The position numbers and the translations under genes are program-made. From sequence record FR725450.1: a stretch of DNA of 23,750 nucleotides, one strand, 5' to 3'. The notes below the pieces were generated by a model. That model was not told the DNA's origin, searched no databases, and saw only the letters and a program-made list of their open reading frames with translations. Below are positions 6,929 to 15,072 of this stretch, piece after piece (positions within the stretch are counted from its first letter, which is position 1; every line of letters begins with the position of its first letter).

Positions 6929-8659
6929 GTGAAACCTCAAGTCAAGATCGAGTTTGTCACATCTGCCAAGGAAAAGAAAAGGATTGCCGGCATACTTGCA
7001 ATCCCACGCATTTCAAGAAACGGCAATCTGTACCTGCCCGAAGAACTGGAAAAAGCGCACGGCAGAACGGTCCCCGTACTATGGAACCACGAGGGCAGCC
7101 CAAAGAGCGCCAGCGAGCCTGTACGCCAGTCCGACGTCATTGGCGCAATGCGCCTTTTCTGGGACTCTGACCTGATGCAATTAAAGTACGAGGCCGAGGT
7201 GGACCGCGACCTGCCGGAAATCCCACTGCATACCTCGCTGGGCGCGTTTTTCGAGCGCGAGGACCATGTCTGCGGAAACACGCGCTGCTACTCTGTTCCC
7301 CGCGGCCTGCGCTTTGTGGAAGCGTCGCTAACCCCTACGCCAGGCATCCCGGAAACAACAGTCAAGATCCTAGAGAATTTTGCGTGCAGGCAATGCCGGC
7401 TTAGTTCTCTTACAAGCGAAGCATCCAACCGGGGTATCATGTCTTCTTCAAACAACGATTCAGGTGGCGGACAGGATACGTCGTGCATCACAAGCAAGCA
7501 GTTCCAGGACGGCATCAAGAGCCTGATAGACGCAATGGGCAGGCGCTTTGCAGACAAGCAGCAGCTGCAAACAGAGGCAGCGGCAAGGGCGCCTTCGAGC
7601 ATGGTCGACGACTCGAACACGCGCGCAAGGCAGGAGTCGTACAACCGCGTGGTAGAGTTTTTCCAGCGCGTCAAGGAAAACCCAAAGGATGTCTCGTTCC
7701 CGGCAGTCTCGTGGAACATTGACAAGAACGAGTACCTTGGAAGGTGGGGCTACAACATCAGCCCGCGCGCCAAGAAAGAGGCAGTGACGATAACCGCCGG
7801 CGACATGGGGCAGGTCTTTTCAAAGCAGATCCTAGTCGTCCCGGGCGGCAGGATGAAGATTCCTGTGAGGCAGTACTGCAACTTTACTGAAATCCCTGCA
7901 GGAAACGACAGGGCACATTTCTACACGATAGGCGCATTTGACTTTGGCACGATAACCGAGGGGACAGAGCCCACAAACGTGTCGCAGACCGTGAGCAAAA
8001 AGACGGCCACGCCTTCAATACGCGGGGCGGTCCAGCGCGTCGGCTACTCGCAGGTAGAGAACGCGCCTTTCGGCCTCGTGGATGCGATAAACGAGGCGAT
8101 GGTCCTTGCCTCGATAGATGATGAAGCTTCCGACCTGCTGTCGACAACGTACGACGCCATAACGCCCACCAACTGGGTCCGCGCAGACACCGGAGCTGCG
8201 ATAACCTTGGACGATGTTGCAAGCCTGACGTTCAAGCGCGAGGGGTTGCTTGCGGCAAAGCGCCTGATAGCGCAGCAGGGCCACGACGTGAGCCCCGGCA
8301 ACCTCGTGCTTTTCATGCACCCAAAGGCGTACCAGGAGCTCCTGCTTGACACCAACCTGAACAACTTTTACCAGTACGCCCGGCCGGAGATAACTGCGAC
8401 CGGCATACTTGAGCAGATATATGGAGTCGACATCGTGATCGCCGATCAGGTAAAGGCACAGGACAACACCACAAACGACACGTACCGCAACGTTCTTGCG
8501 GTCAAGGGCGTGGCCTTTGGCATGGCCTCTGCAAGGAACGTGACTATGGAGGCCCAGCGCAGGAACGAGACCCAGCAGGTGGTGCTGTCAGGGACGCACA
8601 GGGTAAAATCGGTAGTCATTGACGAGACTGCAAGCTGCCGCATATCGTCGGCTCAGTAA
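6929..8659 (+). CDS. Prohead protease-scaffold-major capsid protein (HK97 fold) polyprotein
   Basis: N-terminal protease motifs (SRNGNLY, PVLWNHEG, TSLG, RFVEASLTPTPGIPET), a low-complexity/coiled linker, then an MCP-like region (GTITEGTE, LVLFMHPKAYQELL, IYGVDIVIADQV). Confidence 0.88.
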   Translation: MKPQVKIEFVTSAKEKKRIAGILAIPRISRNGNLYLPEELEKAHGRTVPVLWNHEGSPKSASEPVRQSDVIGAMRLFWDSDLMQLKYEAEVDRDLPEIPLHTSLGAFFEREDHVCGNTRCYSVPRGLRFVEASLTPTPGIPETTVKILENFACRQCRLSSLTSEASNRGIMSSSNNDSGGGQDTSCITSKQFQDGIKSLIDAMGRRFADKQQLQTEAAARAPSSMVDDSNTRARQESYNRVVEFFQRVKENPKDVSFPAVSWNIDKNEYLGRWGYNISPRAKKEAVTITAGDMGQVFSKQILVVPGGRMKIPVRQYCNFTEIPAGNDRAHFYTIGAFDFGTITEGTEPTNVSQTVSKKTATPSIRGAVQRVGYSQVENAPFGLVDAINEAMVLASIDDEASDLLSTTYDAITPTNWVRADTGAAITLDDVASLTFKREGLLAAKRLIAQQGHDVSPGNLVLFMHPKAYQELLLDTNLNNFYQYARPEITATGILEQIYGVDIVIADQVKAQDNTTNDTYRNVLAVKGVAFGMASARNVTMEAQRRNETQQVVLSGTHRVKSVVIDETASCRISSAQ

Positions 8660-8675
8660 TAGGTGAGAGACCACT

Positions 8676-8801
8676 GTGGCCGACCTCAAGTCCATCTTTG
8701 ACAAATACATCCGCGAGGGCGAGTCCGGGAGGAGCAACACCAACGAGCTCCTCAAGGCCATCGTCGACGAGATCGAGGCGCTCAAGTCAAAAAGGCGCTA
8801 A
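8676..8801 (+). CDS. Small hypothetical protein (41 aa, MADLKSIFDKYIREG...SKRR), not in the ORF track
   Basis: GTG start with SD-like GGTGA at 8662-8666. It fills the gap after MCP, and its stop begins the next motif copy. Confidence 0.7.
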   Translation: MADLKSIFDKYIREGESGRSNTNELLKAIVDEIEALKSKRR

Positions 8802-8811
8802 TTCTCTTTTT
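8799..8811 (+). promoter_or_regulatory. Putative late-promoter motif copy
   Basis: TAATTCTCTTTTT, 37 nt before ATG 8836. Confidence 0.7.
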
Positions 8812-8835
8812 CATTTTTTGTGCAAGGTTTTTTCC

Positions 8836-9195
8836 ATGACCTACTATGAAATCATGCGACTTCGAGAGATAACGCTTGGATCGCCTTCGGACACGTCGCA
8901 GGACATGCTGCTAAACGCCAAGGGCGCGCAAGCAGATTCTCAGATAGATGACGAGCTGTACATCGTCGCAAACAGGTATTCAAAGTTGCAGAGCCTGCCG
9001 GCGCTTCCGCTTGCCGGCACGATGCTGACGCAGTCGATAAGGGACGCGGCTACAGACAGGGCTGCTTCGCTCTTTTTCCTGGTGCAGCGCCAGCCCGCGA
9101 TGGCAGACAAGTACGCGCAGAGCAGCGAGAGGGCGGTGCAGGCGTACGAGATGCGGCTTGACAGCGAGGGCGAGATCTACAGCGACAGCACCTAG
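8836..9195 (+). CDS. Putative head-tail adaptor (gp15/gp6-like)
   Basis: 119 aa helical protein right after MCP (DAATDRAASLFF..., AVQAYEMRL). Assignment based on synteny and size. Confidence 0.55.
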   Translation: MTYYEIMRLREITLGSPSDTSQDMLLNAKGAQADSQIDDELYIVANRYSKLQSLPALPLAGTMLTQSIRDAATDRAASLFFLVQRQPAMADKYAQSSERAVQAYEMRLDSEGEIYSDST

Positions 9196-9201
9196 TTCTA
9201 T

Positions 9202-9501
9202 ATGTGTAAAAAAGATGGTGAGTATTTGGGAGCATTGGACCACATCAACAGAGAAGAGTTCCAGAATTTCCGCCAGGATGCCGGCGAGCACTTCAAGATG
9301 CTGCACGAGTGCGACAGGCGCATAGAGCGCAAGATAGACGAGCTTGCCGCCCTGCTGGAGCCCGTGCTTGACGAGCACGCCCAGAGCATGGAAAGCAGGC
9401 GCGGCAGGCGTGAGGTCAAGATGCTTGCGATAGGCGCCGCCCTTGGCGCGTTCTTTAGCGCAGTGACAGCCGCGATGCTGCTTCTTTTCCAGCTGGGCTA
9501 G
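9202..9501 (+). CDS. Coiled-coil protein with a C-terminal transmembrane helix (holin/lysis-like candidate)
   Basis: Charged coiled region followed by MLAIGAALGAFFSAVTAAMLLLF. Start uncertain (TTG 9226 possible). Confidence 0.6.
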   Translation: MCKKDGEYLGALDHINREEFQNFRQDAGEHFKMLHECDRRIERKIDELAALLEPVLDEHAQSMESRRGRREVKMLAIGAALGAFFSAVTAAMLLLFQLG

Positions 9502-9509
9502 TTCTTTTT
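9499..9509 (+). promoter_or_regulatory. Putative late-promoter motif copy
   Basis: TAGTTCTTTTT, 35 nt before ATG 9534. Confidence 0.7.
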
Positions 9510-9533
9510 GCCCTTTTTCTGCAAGAGACTTTC

Positions 9534-9743
9534 ATGAGCGATCCATCCGTAGAAAAAGTGAGCCTGAACGCCAAGGAGATAATCCTTGCAATAGTGGTGT
9601 CTGCCGGGGCAGTCACGGCCCTGGTCTCTGCCGGCGCGCTCTGGACCGGACACGCAGAGATAGCGGAAAAGGCGGGCCTTGCGTTTGTGAGCGGCATCGT
9701 GGGCTTTGGCGCGGGCATCGTGACTGCGCTGTGGGGCCGCTAG
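9534..9743 (+). CDS. Small two-TM membrane protein (holin-like candidate)
   Basis: Two hydrophobic helices (IILAIVVSAGAVTALVSAGALW; LAFVSGIVGFGAGIVTALW) in 69 aa. Confidence 0.6.
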   Translation: MSDPSVEKVSLNAKEIILAIVVSAGAVTALVSAGALWTGHAEIAEKAGLAFVSGIVGFGAGIVTALWGR

Positions 9744-9750
9744 TTCTTTT
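9741..9750 (+). promoter_or_regulatory. Putative late-promoter motif copy
   Basis: TAGTTCTTTT, 36 nt before in-frame GTG 9777. Confidence 0.55.
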
Positions 9751-9776
9751 CTGGTTTTCTTTCATTTTTGTTGTTT

Positions 9777-10256
9777 GTGGGAGCAGCAGTAGAACATCTG
9801 TGCTTTACATTCGATGTCTGCGTAGTTGGTTTTGGACATTCTTCCTTAAGATGCATTGAATGTGGTCTTGTACTTGAAACTGAAAACTGTAAATGGGTTG
9901 CAATTGACGGCAGGCCAATATGCATAAAACATCATCATGATATCACATACACAGACGTTGAGAAAAACTATTCCAAGTTTATTGCAGGTACAACCAAACG
10001 TAATTTTACATTTGATCCGGAAACTGGAAAGGCATACGATGCAACTGATCCTGAATGCGCAAAGAAATTTTACGAAATATATGGAGACCGTAAAAACAAC
10101 GTCGCCTTAATTGCCATAACTAATAATAGATCTAATAGTCTGAATGATACTACAAAAAGAGCATTTCATAAACTGCAAAAAGAACAAAAAGATCGTTCGT
10201 TGGGAGGTGGATATCTGATGGAAACAAAACATACACCGATATATCCTTCGCTGTAG
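9777..10256 (+). CDS. Low-GC accessory protein with a Cys/His Zn-binding cluster
   Basis: RCIECG...C...PICIKHHH. AT-rich codons unlike the neighbours. Start is 9768 (TTG) or 9777 (GTG). Confidence 0.65.
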   Translation: MGAAVEHLCFTFDVCVVGFGHSSLRCIECGLVLETENCKWVAIDGRPICIKHHHDITYTDVEKNYSKFIAGTTKRNFTFDPETGKAYDATDPECAKKFYEIYGDRKNNVALIAITNNRSNSLNDTTKRAFHKLQKEQKDRSLGGGYLMETKHTPIYPSL

Positions 10257-10352
10257 CAGGACAAAACGACAGCGAGCTTGGAATGCTGTTAAAGCGCTAT
10301 AAGCAAGAAGCAATATTGATTATCGGCAAGAACGGAAAAATAAGGTGGTTAT

Positions 10353-10544
10353 ATGAAGAGTGAACAAAAAAGACTGGGCGGGCTTAAGTTCAAGAACCCT
10401 TGGCCAACAAGAGTTGAAGGAGATGTGCTTCCTATAGCTGTCATCTATCGTCTAATGTTCTTGGGATTCTCTGACAGAGATCTTTCACCTGAAGCTAGAG
10501 AAGCTCTTTACGCATATACTGCTACATTTAGCGACACACAATAG
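10353..10544 (+). CDS. Low-GC hypothetical protein (63 aa)
   Basis: SD-like AAGGTGG ~8 nt upstream of ATG; no family recognised. Confidence 0.55.
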   Translation: MKSEQKRLGGLKFKNPWPTRVEGDVLPIAVIYRLMFLGFSDRDLSPEAREALYAYTATFSDTQ

Positions 10545-10587
10545 AAAAAGGAATAATGACGACTGGTAACAACAACGACGTGTATAT

Positions 10588-10600
10588 TAGTTCTCAATTT
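10588..10600 (+). promoter_or_regulatory. Putative late-promoter motif copy
   Basis: TAGTTCTCAATTT, 35 nt before ATG 10623. Confidence 0.72.
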
Positions 10601-10622
10601 CTCCACCTTGTAACTTTATTGC

Positions 10623-10805
10623 ATGTCGTCATCATCACCGCCCGTCTGTCCTTGGGACAACGAAAAACTGCAAGCACTTGAAGGCCGGTTCCAGTTCGTC
10701 TGCGAAAAGCACGGCGAAAGGGGCCGGTTCTTCTGGGACGTCGTGCTAAACGGCGCAGGCACGCTGGGCTCGTTCCGCTGGACAGACTACCCGCCTTCGG
10801 ACTAG
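10623..10805 (+). CDS. Hypothetical viral protein (60 aa)
   Basis: ORF with the motif at canonical spacing; has Cys/His residues; no family recognised. Confidence 0.6.
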   Translation: MSSSSPPVCPWDNEKLQALEGRFQFVCEKHGERGRFFWDVVLNGAGTLGSFRWTDYPPSD

Positions 10806-10811
10806 TAGTGT

Positions 10812-10823
10812 TAGTTCTCTTTT
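10812..10823 (+). promoter_or_regulatory. Putative late-promoter motif copy
   Basis: TAGTTCTCTTTT, 35 nt before ATG 10847. Confidence 0.78.
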
Positions 10824-10846
10824 CCCTTTTCTTTCTTTTTGGTTTC

Positions 10847-11326
10847 ATGTCTGAAACCTGGAAGGTCGCCGGCCAGTCTTCCGACCTCACAAAAACTGTC
10901 GAGATGCTCGTGAAGGAAAAGCTGGAATCGCAGTGGACAGAGACTGACCCGCCTGCTGCAAGCATTGACTTTGGAACCGGCTGGGGCGCCGGGATGACGA
11001 AAAACTATGCTGTGCACTGCCTTCATGCCTCTACCACCTCGGCTCCTGTAGTGAACGGCTGGTCAAAGTACATGTACGAGACGCTTGTTGACGTGCACGT
11101 GTTTGCGCTGCGCACCACGCTTTTTGAGCCGGACCAGCTGCGAAAGATGCGACAGCACATTGACAAGATAATCGCACAGAACAAGGCGTCGCTTGGCCAG
11201 GGAATATCGTCGATGAGGCTCGTAAGGTGGACAGCCGCGCACGACCCAAAGGACATCACTGACACGCCGTACTGGCACCTTGTCGGCCACCACAAAATAA
11301 CATACTACAAGGTCAACACCGCTTAG
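10847..11326 (+). CDS. Putative tail terminator / tail completion protein
   Basis: 159 aa alpha/beta protein directly before the tail tube gene (VDVHVF...LRKMRQHIDKII...WHLVGHHKITY). Start moved to ATG 10847. Confidence 0.6.
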   Translation: MSETWKVAGQSSDLTKTVEMLVKEKLESQWTETDPPAASIDFGTGWGAGMTKNYAVHCLHASTTSAPVVNGWSKYMYETLVDVHVFALRTTLFEPDQLRKMRQHIDKIIAQNKASLGQGISSMRLVRWTAAHDPKDITDTPYWHLVGHHKITYYKVNTA

Positions 11327-11335
11327 TTCTCTTTA
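11324..11335 (+). promoter_or_regulatory. Putative late-promoter motif copy
   Basis: TAGTTCTCTTTA overlapping the upstream stop, 35 nt before ATG 11359. Confidence 0.78.
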
Positions 11336-11358
11336 TTTTTCATGCCAAATCCTAATGC

Positions 11359-12237
11359 ATGTCGTATACCCCGACAGGCAGTTTTAACATACTGAAACGC
11401 CTCCAATTTGTTGAAGAAAGTACTTTTGGCCAAGCCCCTGCCTCTCCGTCGTTTGTGCTTGCAGGCCACAACGTCTCGCTGCGCGAGACCACCGAGGTCT
11501 CGGCGCAAAAGTACCGGGACCTCGGGAGCAGGGACCTGTACAAGATGCTAAAGACGGGCGAGATGTACTCCTTTGAGCTGCGCTACCAGCCGATAAACAC
11601 CGCCCTTCTCAGGTACGGGACAGAGCTTCCAAACGGCGCTGGCACGATAGAAAAGTCGCTTGCGTTTGTCTACACGCAGCTCGTCAACGGGACGGAGACG
11701 TGGCACAGGTTCCTCGGCGCAAGGACAGACCAGGTGGAAATCGAGGTGACAGAGGCGTCCGTGCAGGTGTCGCACCGCTTTTTGTGCAAGGACATACCCG
11801 CCACCGTCACCGCAGACCCGTTCACCACGCCCACGTACGCCGGCGCCGACACGTCGGCCCCGTACACGGGTGTCTCTTCCGGCTCCAACCCGCTTACCAT
11901 AAACTCGGAGACGTACGACACGCCGCGCTTCAAGGTGTCGGTCAACTGGAACCTGGACGTCGTCAAGCCAAACGGCGAGGTGCAGGCCAAGTTCATCCTG
12001 CCCACAAACCGCGACATCACAGTCGAGTTTGACACGTGGGTCAAGGACGACGTGCTTCGCGCAGACACCAAGTCGCTTGCGGCAAGGTCTGCCAGCTACA
12101 CCATTGCGCCCGGCAAGTCGCTCACGTTCACGGACCTGTACCTTGCAAAGCAGAGCAAGAACAACGACGCAAACGACGCCAAGGTCCTTATCGAGACGCT
12201 GACCGGGACTGCCAGGTCGATGTCGGTGAGCCCGTGA
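11359..12237 (+). CDS. Major tail tube protein
   Basis: N-terminal LQFVEESTFGQAP typical of siphovirus tube proteins; beta-rich, Thr/Ser-rich, 292 aa; precedes the chaperones and TMP. Confidence 0.8.
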   Translation: MSYTPTGSFNILKRLQFVEESTFGQAPASPSFVLAGHNVSLRETTEVSAQKYRDLGSRDLYKMLKTGEMYSFELRYQPINTALLRYGTELPNGAGTIEKSLAFVYTQLVNGTETWHRFLGARTDQVEIEVTEASVQVSHRFLCKDIPATVTADPFTTPTYAGADTSAPYTGVSSGSNPLTINSETYDTPRFKVSVNWNLDVVKPNGEVQAKFILPTNRDITVEFDTWVKDDVLRADTKSLAARSASYTIAPGKSLTFTDLYLAKQSKNNDANDAKVLIETLTGTARSMSVSP

Positions 12238-12602
12238 TGGCTGCTATCGAGTCAAGCCTCGAGGCTTTCTATGCCTCGCTTATCGAGGAGAACGAAAAGC
12301 GCATAATGGAGCACATGAAGCAGGATTCTTTTGACCTTTGCGGCAAAACTTTTCGCTACCGCAAGATAACCACCGCGCAGCACTTGGAGCTTGACAGGAT
12401 GCAGGCGGGTATAGAGGACCTCGTGCTCGCCAAGGGCGCTACCAAGCTAGAGATAACCGCCAAGCTTGCAGAGATTTACCAGAAAAGGGCGCAGTACCAC
12501 CTCGGCATGGACGCAGACACGTTCTATTCCCTTCCGTGGGAGGACGTAAAGCCGGTCCTCGACGCGTGCGTGAGGAGGACGCGCCGGGGCCACCCTTTGT
12601 GA
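12237..12602 (+). CDS. Tail assembly chaperone (gpG-like)
   Basis: TGATG overlap with the tube gene and SD-like GGTGAG; 121 aa; ends in a slippery heptamer. Confidence 0.75.
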   Translation: MAAIESSLEAFYASLIEENEKRIMEHMKQDSFDLCGKTFRYRKITTAQHLELDRMQAGIEDLVLAKGATKLEITAKLAEIYQKRAQYHLGMDADTFYSLPWEDVKPVLDACVRRTRRGHPL

Positions 12603-12826
12603 GGCGTGACCTGGAAGTCTTGTACACGACAGGGGCGGTGCAGTGGTCCTGCCGCGAAAGCAAGGAGGTTTACGACATGGTGACTCTTGTCGAGATGGGC
12701 GTCTCGCTCAGGGACATTGCAGGCGACACGTACAGGGAAGACCTCAACTACCTGCTCTTTGTGCGGGACTTGAAGGCGCAGGCGTCGCGCAGCGGCCTGC
12801 TGGAAGGATTTCGGAGGGTGGGCTAG
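12536..12826 (+). CDS. gpT-like ORF, probably made as a gpGT fusion via -1 frameshift
   Basis: Overlaps the end of gpG in the -1 frame and continues PPFVRRDLEVLY... Confidence 0.7.
   Translation: MGGRKAGPRRVREEDAPGPPFVRRDLEVLYTTGAVQWSCRESKEVYDMVTLVEMGVSLRDIAGDTYREDLNYLLFVRDLKAQASRSGLLEGFRRVG
12593..12599 (+). other. -1 programmed ribosomal frameshift site C CCT TTG
   Basis: Fits X XXY YYZ in the gpG frame immediately before its TGA, at the conserved G/GT position upstream of the tape measure gene. Confidence 0.75.
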
Positions 12827-12830
12827 TCTG

Positions 12831-13208
12831 GTGCTTTCGGTCAAGGGGGTAAGCGAGGCAATGCGCATACTGGACGAAGTGTCGCGCGAGCTTGCCGGAG
12901 GAGACATTGCCGGCGCAAGCCTTGAGGCGGTAGGCAAAGCAGCGCTGGATCTTGCCAACGCCCAGACTCCTGTCGACACGGGGCTGCTTGTCTCAAACAA
13001 CAAGATGGAGATGAAAAGCAAGGCCGAGCTGGTGCTGTATAACGACACACCCTATGCAGGCCACGTCCACTATGGCACGTCAAGGATGCATCCAAGGCCG
13101 TTCTTCTACCCTGCCCTGCGCTTTCTCGAAGAGCGCTTTCCGCGGCTGTACGCGCAGGAAGTGGGCGCCTTTGTGCACAAGACGGTGTCGCTGAATTCTG
13201 CCAGGTAA
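12831..13208 (+). CDS. HK97 gp10-like tail completion/neck protein
   Basis: Signature TPVDTGLL...YAGHVHYGTSRMHPRPFFYPAL. Start is GTG 12831 or ATG 12861. Confidence 0.82.
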   Translation: MLSVKGVSEAMRILDEVSRELAGGDIAGASLEAVGKAALDLANAQTPVDTGLLVSNNKMEMKSKAELVLYNDTPYAGHVHYGTSRMHPRPFFYPALRFLEERFPRLYAQEVGAFVHKTVSLNSAR

Positions 13209-13215
13209 TTCTCTT
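13206..13215 (+). promoter_or_regulatory. Putative late-promoter motif copy
   Basis: TAATTCTCTT, 38 nt before TTG 13244. Confidence 0.55.
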
Positions 13216-13243
13216 GGCTTGCTGCGGAGCATGAACAGCAACA

Positions 13244-15028
13244 TTGAGCACATCATTTACTGCTATCCCTCTTGAATTTCTGATTAAACTCCAGGGCGAG
13301 GCGGAGGCACGGGCGCAGATACAGAGCCTCGGCGGCGCGTTTCAGAACTTTGGCAACGACGCGGCAACAGCCGCGTCAAAGGCAGACGGCGCGGCTGAAA
13401 GCAACGAAAAGGTAAAGGTGTCGTTCAAGGATACAATCCAGGCATTCAACGACGTGGCAAGCTCGGCCACGACATTGTATAATGCCTACGATGACCTGGC
13501 TGACAAGCAGCTACGGATCGAAAAGGCAGAGGCCGCTGTCACTTCGGCCGAGAACAGCCTGACCTCTGCGCGCAACAAGCTGAACGAAATGACGGCCAAG
13601 GGGATCGCGTCGGGCCCAGAGTACGAGAAGCAGCTCTCCAAAGTCGAGGGCGCGGAAGAAAGGCTGACTCTGGCCACAAAAAATGTCGAAAAGGCGCAGG
13701 GCGACATGCAGGAGGCACAGATCAAGTTCGCCCTTGACGTAGTGCCGACCGTCATATCGATGGCGTCAAGCCTGCAGATCGGCCTCCGCGGCCTCAGCGC
13801 GGCCAACTTTGGCGTGGCAACCAGCGCGCCGGCGGCCGGCGCGGGTATGCGCGGGGTTGGTACGGCCATGCGCGCCACGCTTGCGGCCATGGGGCCTGTT
13901 GGCTGGGTGCTCCTGGGCATTTCCGCTGCAATGACTATTGTCGCCACCAACGCCTTTGGCGTGCGCGACGCGATAAACGAAATGGGCAAGAGGATAGGCG
14001 ACGCAGTGCCCATACTAAAGCCATTGCTCGAAGGCTTGAACCAGCTTGCGGCAACGATATTTCCGGAATCTGCTTCCAGGGCCGAGGAGATGAACGCCCG
14101 GATGGACGCAAGTATGAAAGAAACTGCAAGTTCTACAGCCAGCTCCATCACCGAGCAGTCAAGCAGCCTGTCGGACATGAACACTGCATATGCGCAGGCG
14201 CAGGAAAGCGTCACCAAGTCGATGCAGACAATGCAGGACAGCATTACGTCGTCTTCAACCGCGATAATCAAGCAGATCGATGAGCTTGAAGCCCGCATGA
14301 GCAGCATCGGCATCTCTGGCGGAATGATGGCAAAGAGCGCCGCAGACAGCCTCGCAGGACAGATGCAGAATCCCGGGACGCAAACGCCTCCTGCCGCCAG
14401 CTCTGCTGCAACGGATCTTGCAAAACAAGAGCAGGACAAACAAGCGGCTGACCGCCTTGCAGTGCTCGACAAGCAAATATCCGACATGCGATCACAGATT
14501 GCGGCACTCGGTGGCGGCCTTGGTATTGAAAGGCTGCGCGAGCTTGGCTTTGACAGGGGAGCCGGGGGCGCGACTATGGGTAACCAGATAACCCAGTTGT
14601 TTGCACAGCTGGCACCCTTGGAGGACGAAAAAAAGGCAATTCTTGACGCGCAAGACAAGGCGGAAAAGGATGCCATTGCAGCAAAGTATGCAGAGTACGC
14701 TGACAAACTGAGGCTCCCGAAAAGCAAGATAACGAGTATGGAGCAGGGCTTGGCGGAGGGTTCAAGGCGCCAGACCGTGCTTGCGTACATGAATGCGCTT
14801 GCCGCACAGGCTGACCAACATGAGTCCAAAAATATCACACTGCAGCTGAAAGAAAACTTGAACCTGTCAACCCAAGTCCTGCCAATGACTAAAGAAGAGG
14901 CGATCCGGGGCAGGTCTGACGCTGCGATGCACCCTTGGATGTATCCTGAAACAATGATAGTCGAGATAGGGGGCGAGCCGTTTGAAGCGTATGTCAAGAG
15001 GATACCTGTGAAGGATATGCCGACATAG
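13244..15028 (+). CDS. Tape measure protein
   Basis: 594 aa Ala/Ser/Gln-rich helical protein with coiled coils and a central hydrophobic segment (MGPVGWVLLGISAAMTIV); follows the chaperones. Confidence 0.85.
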   Translation: MSTSFTAIPLEFLIKLQGEAEARAQIQSLGGAFQNFGNDAATAASKADGAAESNEKVKVSFKDTIQAFNDVASSATTLYNAYDDLADKQLRIEKAEAAVTSAENSLTSARNKLNEMTAKGIASGPEYEKQLSKVEGAEERLTLATKNVEKAQGDMQEAQIKFALDVVPTVISMASSLQIGLRGLSAANFGVATSAPAAGAGMRGVGTAMRATLAAMGPVGWVLLGISAAMTIVATNAFGVRDAINEMGKRIGDAVPILKPLLEGLNQLAATIFPESASRAEEMNARMDASMKETASSTASSITEQSSSLSDMNTAYAQAQESVTKSMQTMQDSITSSSTAIIKQIDELEARMSSIGISGGMMAKSAADSLAGQMQNPGTQTPPAASSAATDLAKQEQDKQAADRLAVLDKQISDMRSQIAALGGGLGIERLRELGFDRGAGGATMGNQITQLFAQLAPLEDEKKAILDAQDKAEKDAIAAKYAEYADKLRLPKSKITSMEQGLAEGSRRQTVLAYMNALAAQADQHESKNITLQLKENLNLSTQVLPMTKEEAIRGRSDAAMHPWMYPETMIVEIGGEPFEAYVKRIPVKDMPT

Positions 15029-15072
15029 AATCAGAATAGCTGAAATACTACCGGCAAAATAATAGAAAACCA

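Noticed and set aside
9193-9202. TAGTTCTATA as a motif copy
   Set aside because: No T tract, and the spacing fits only if an unverified TTG at 9226 is the start. Not counted.
13486-14997. 503 aa minus-strand ORF, and other long antisense ORFs over TerL, portal, MCP, hub and MCO
   Set aside because: Shadow frames of GC-rich coding genes, with no recognisable motifs or promoters.
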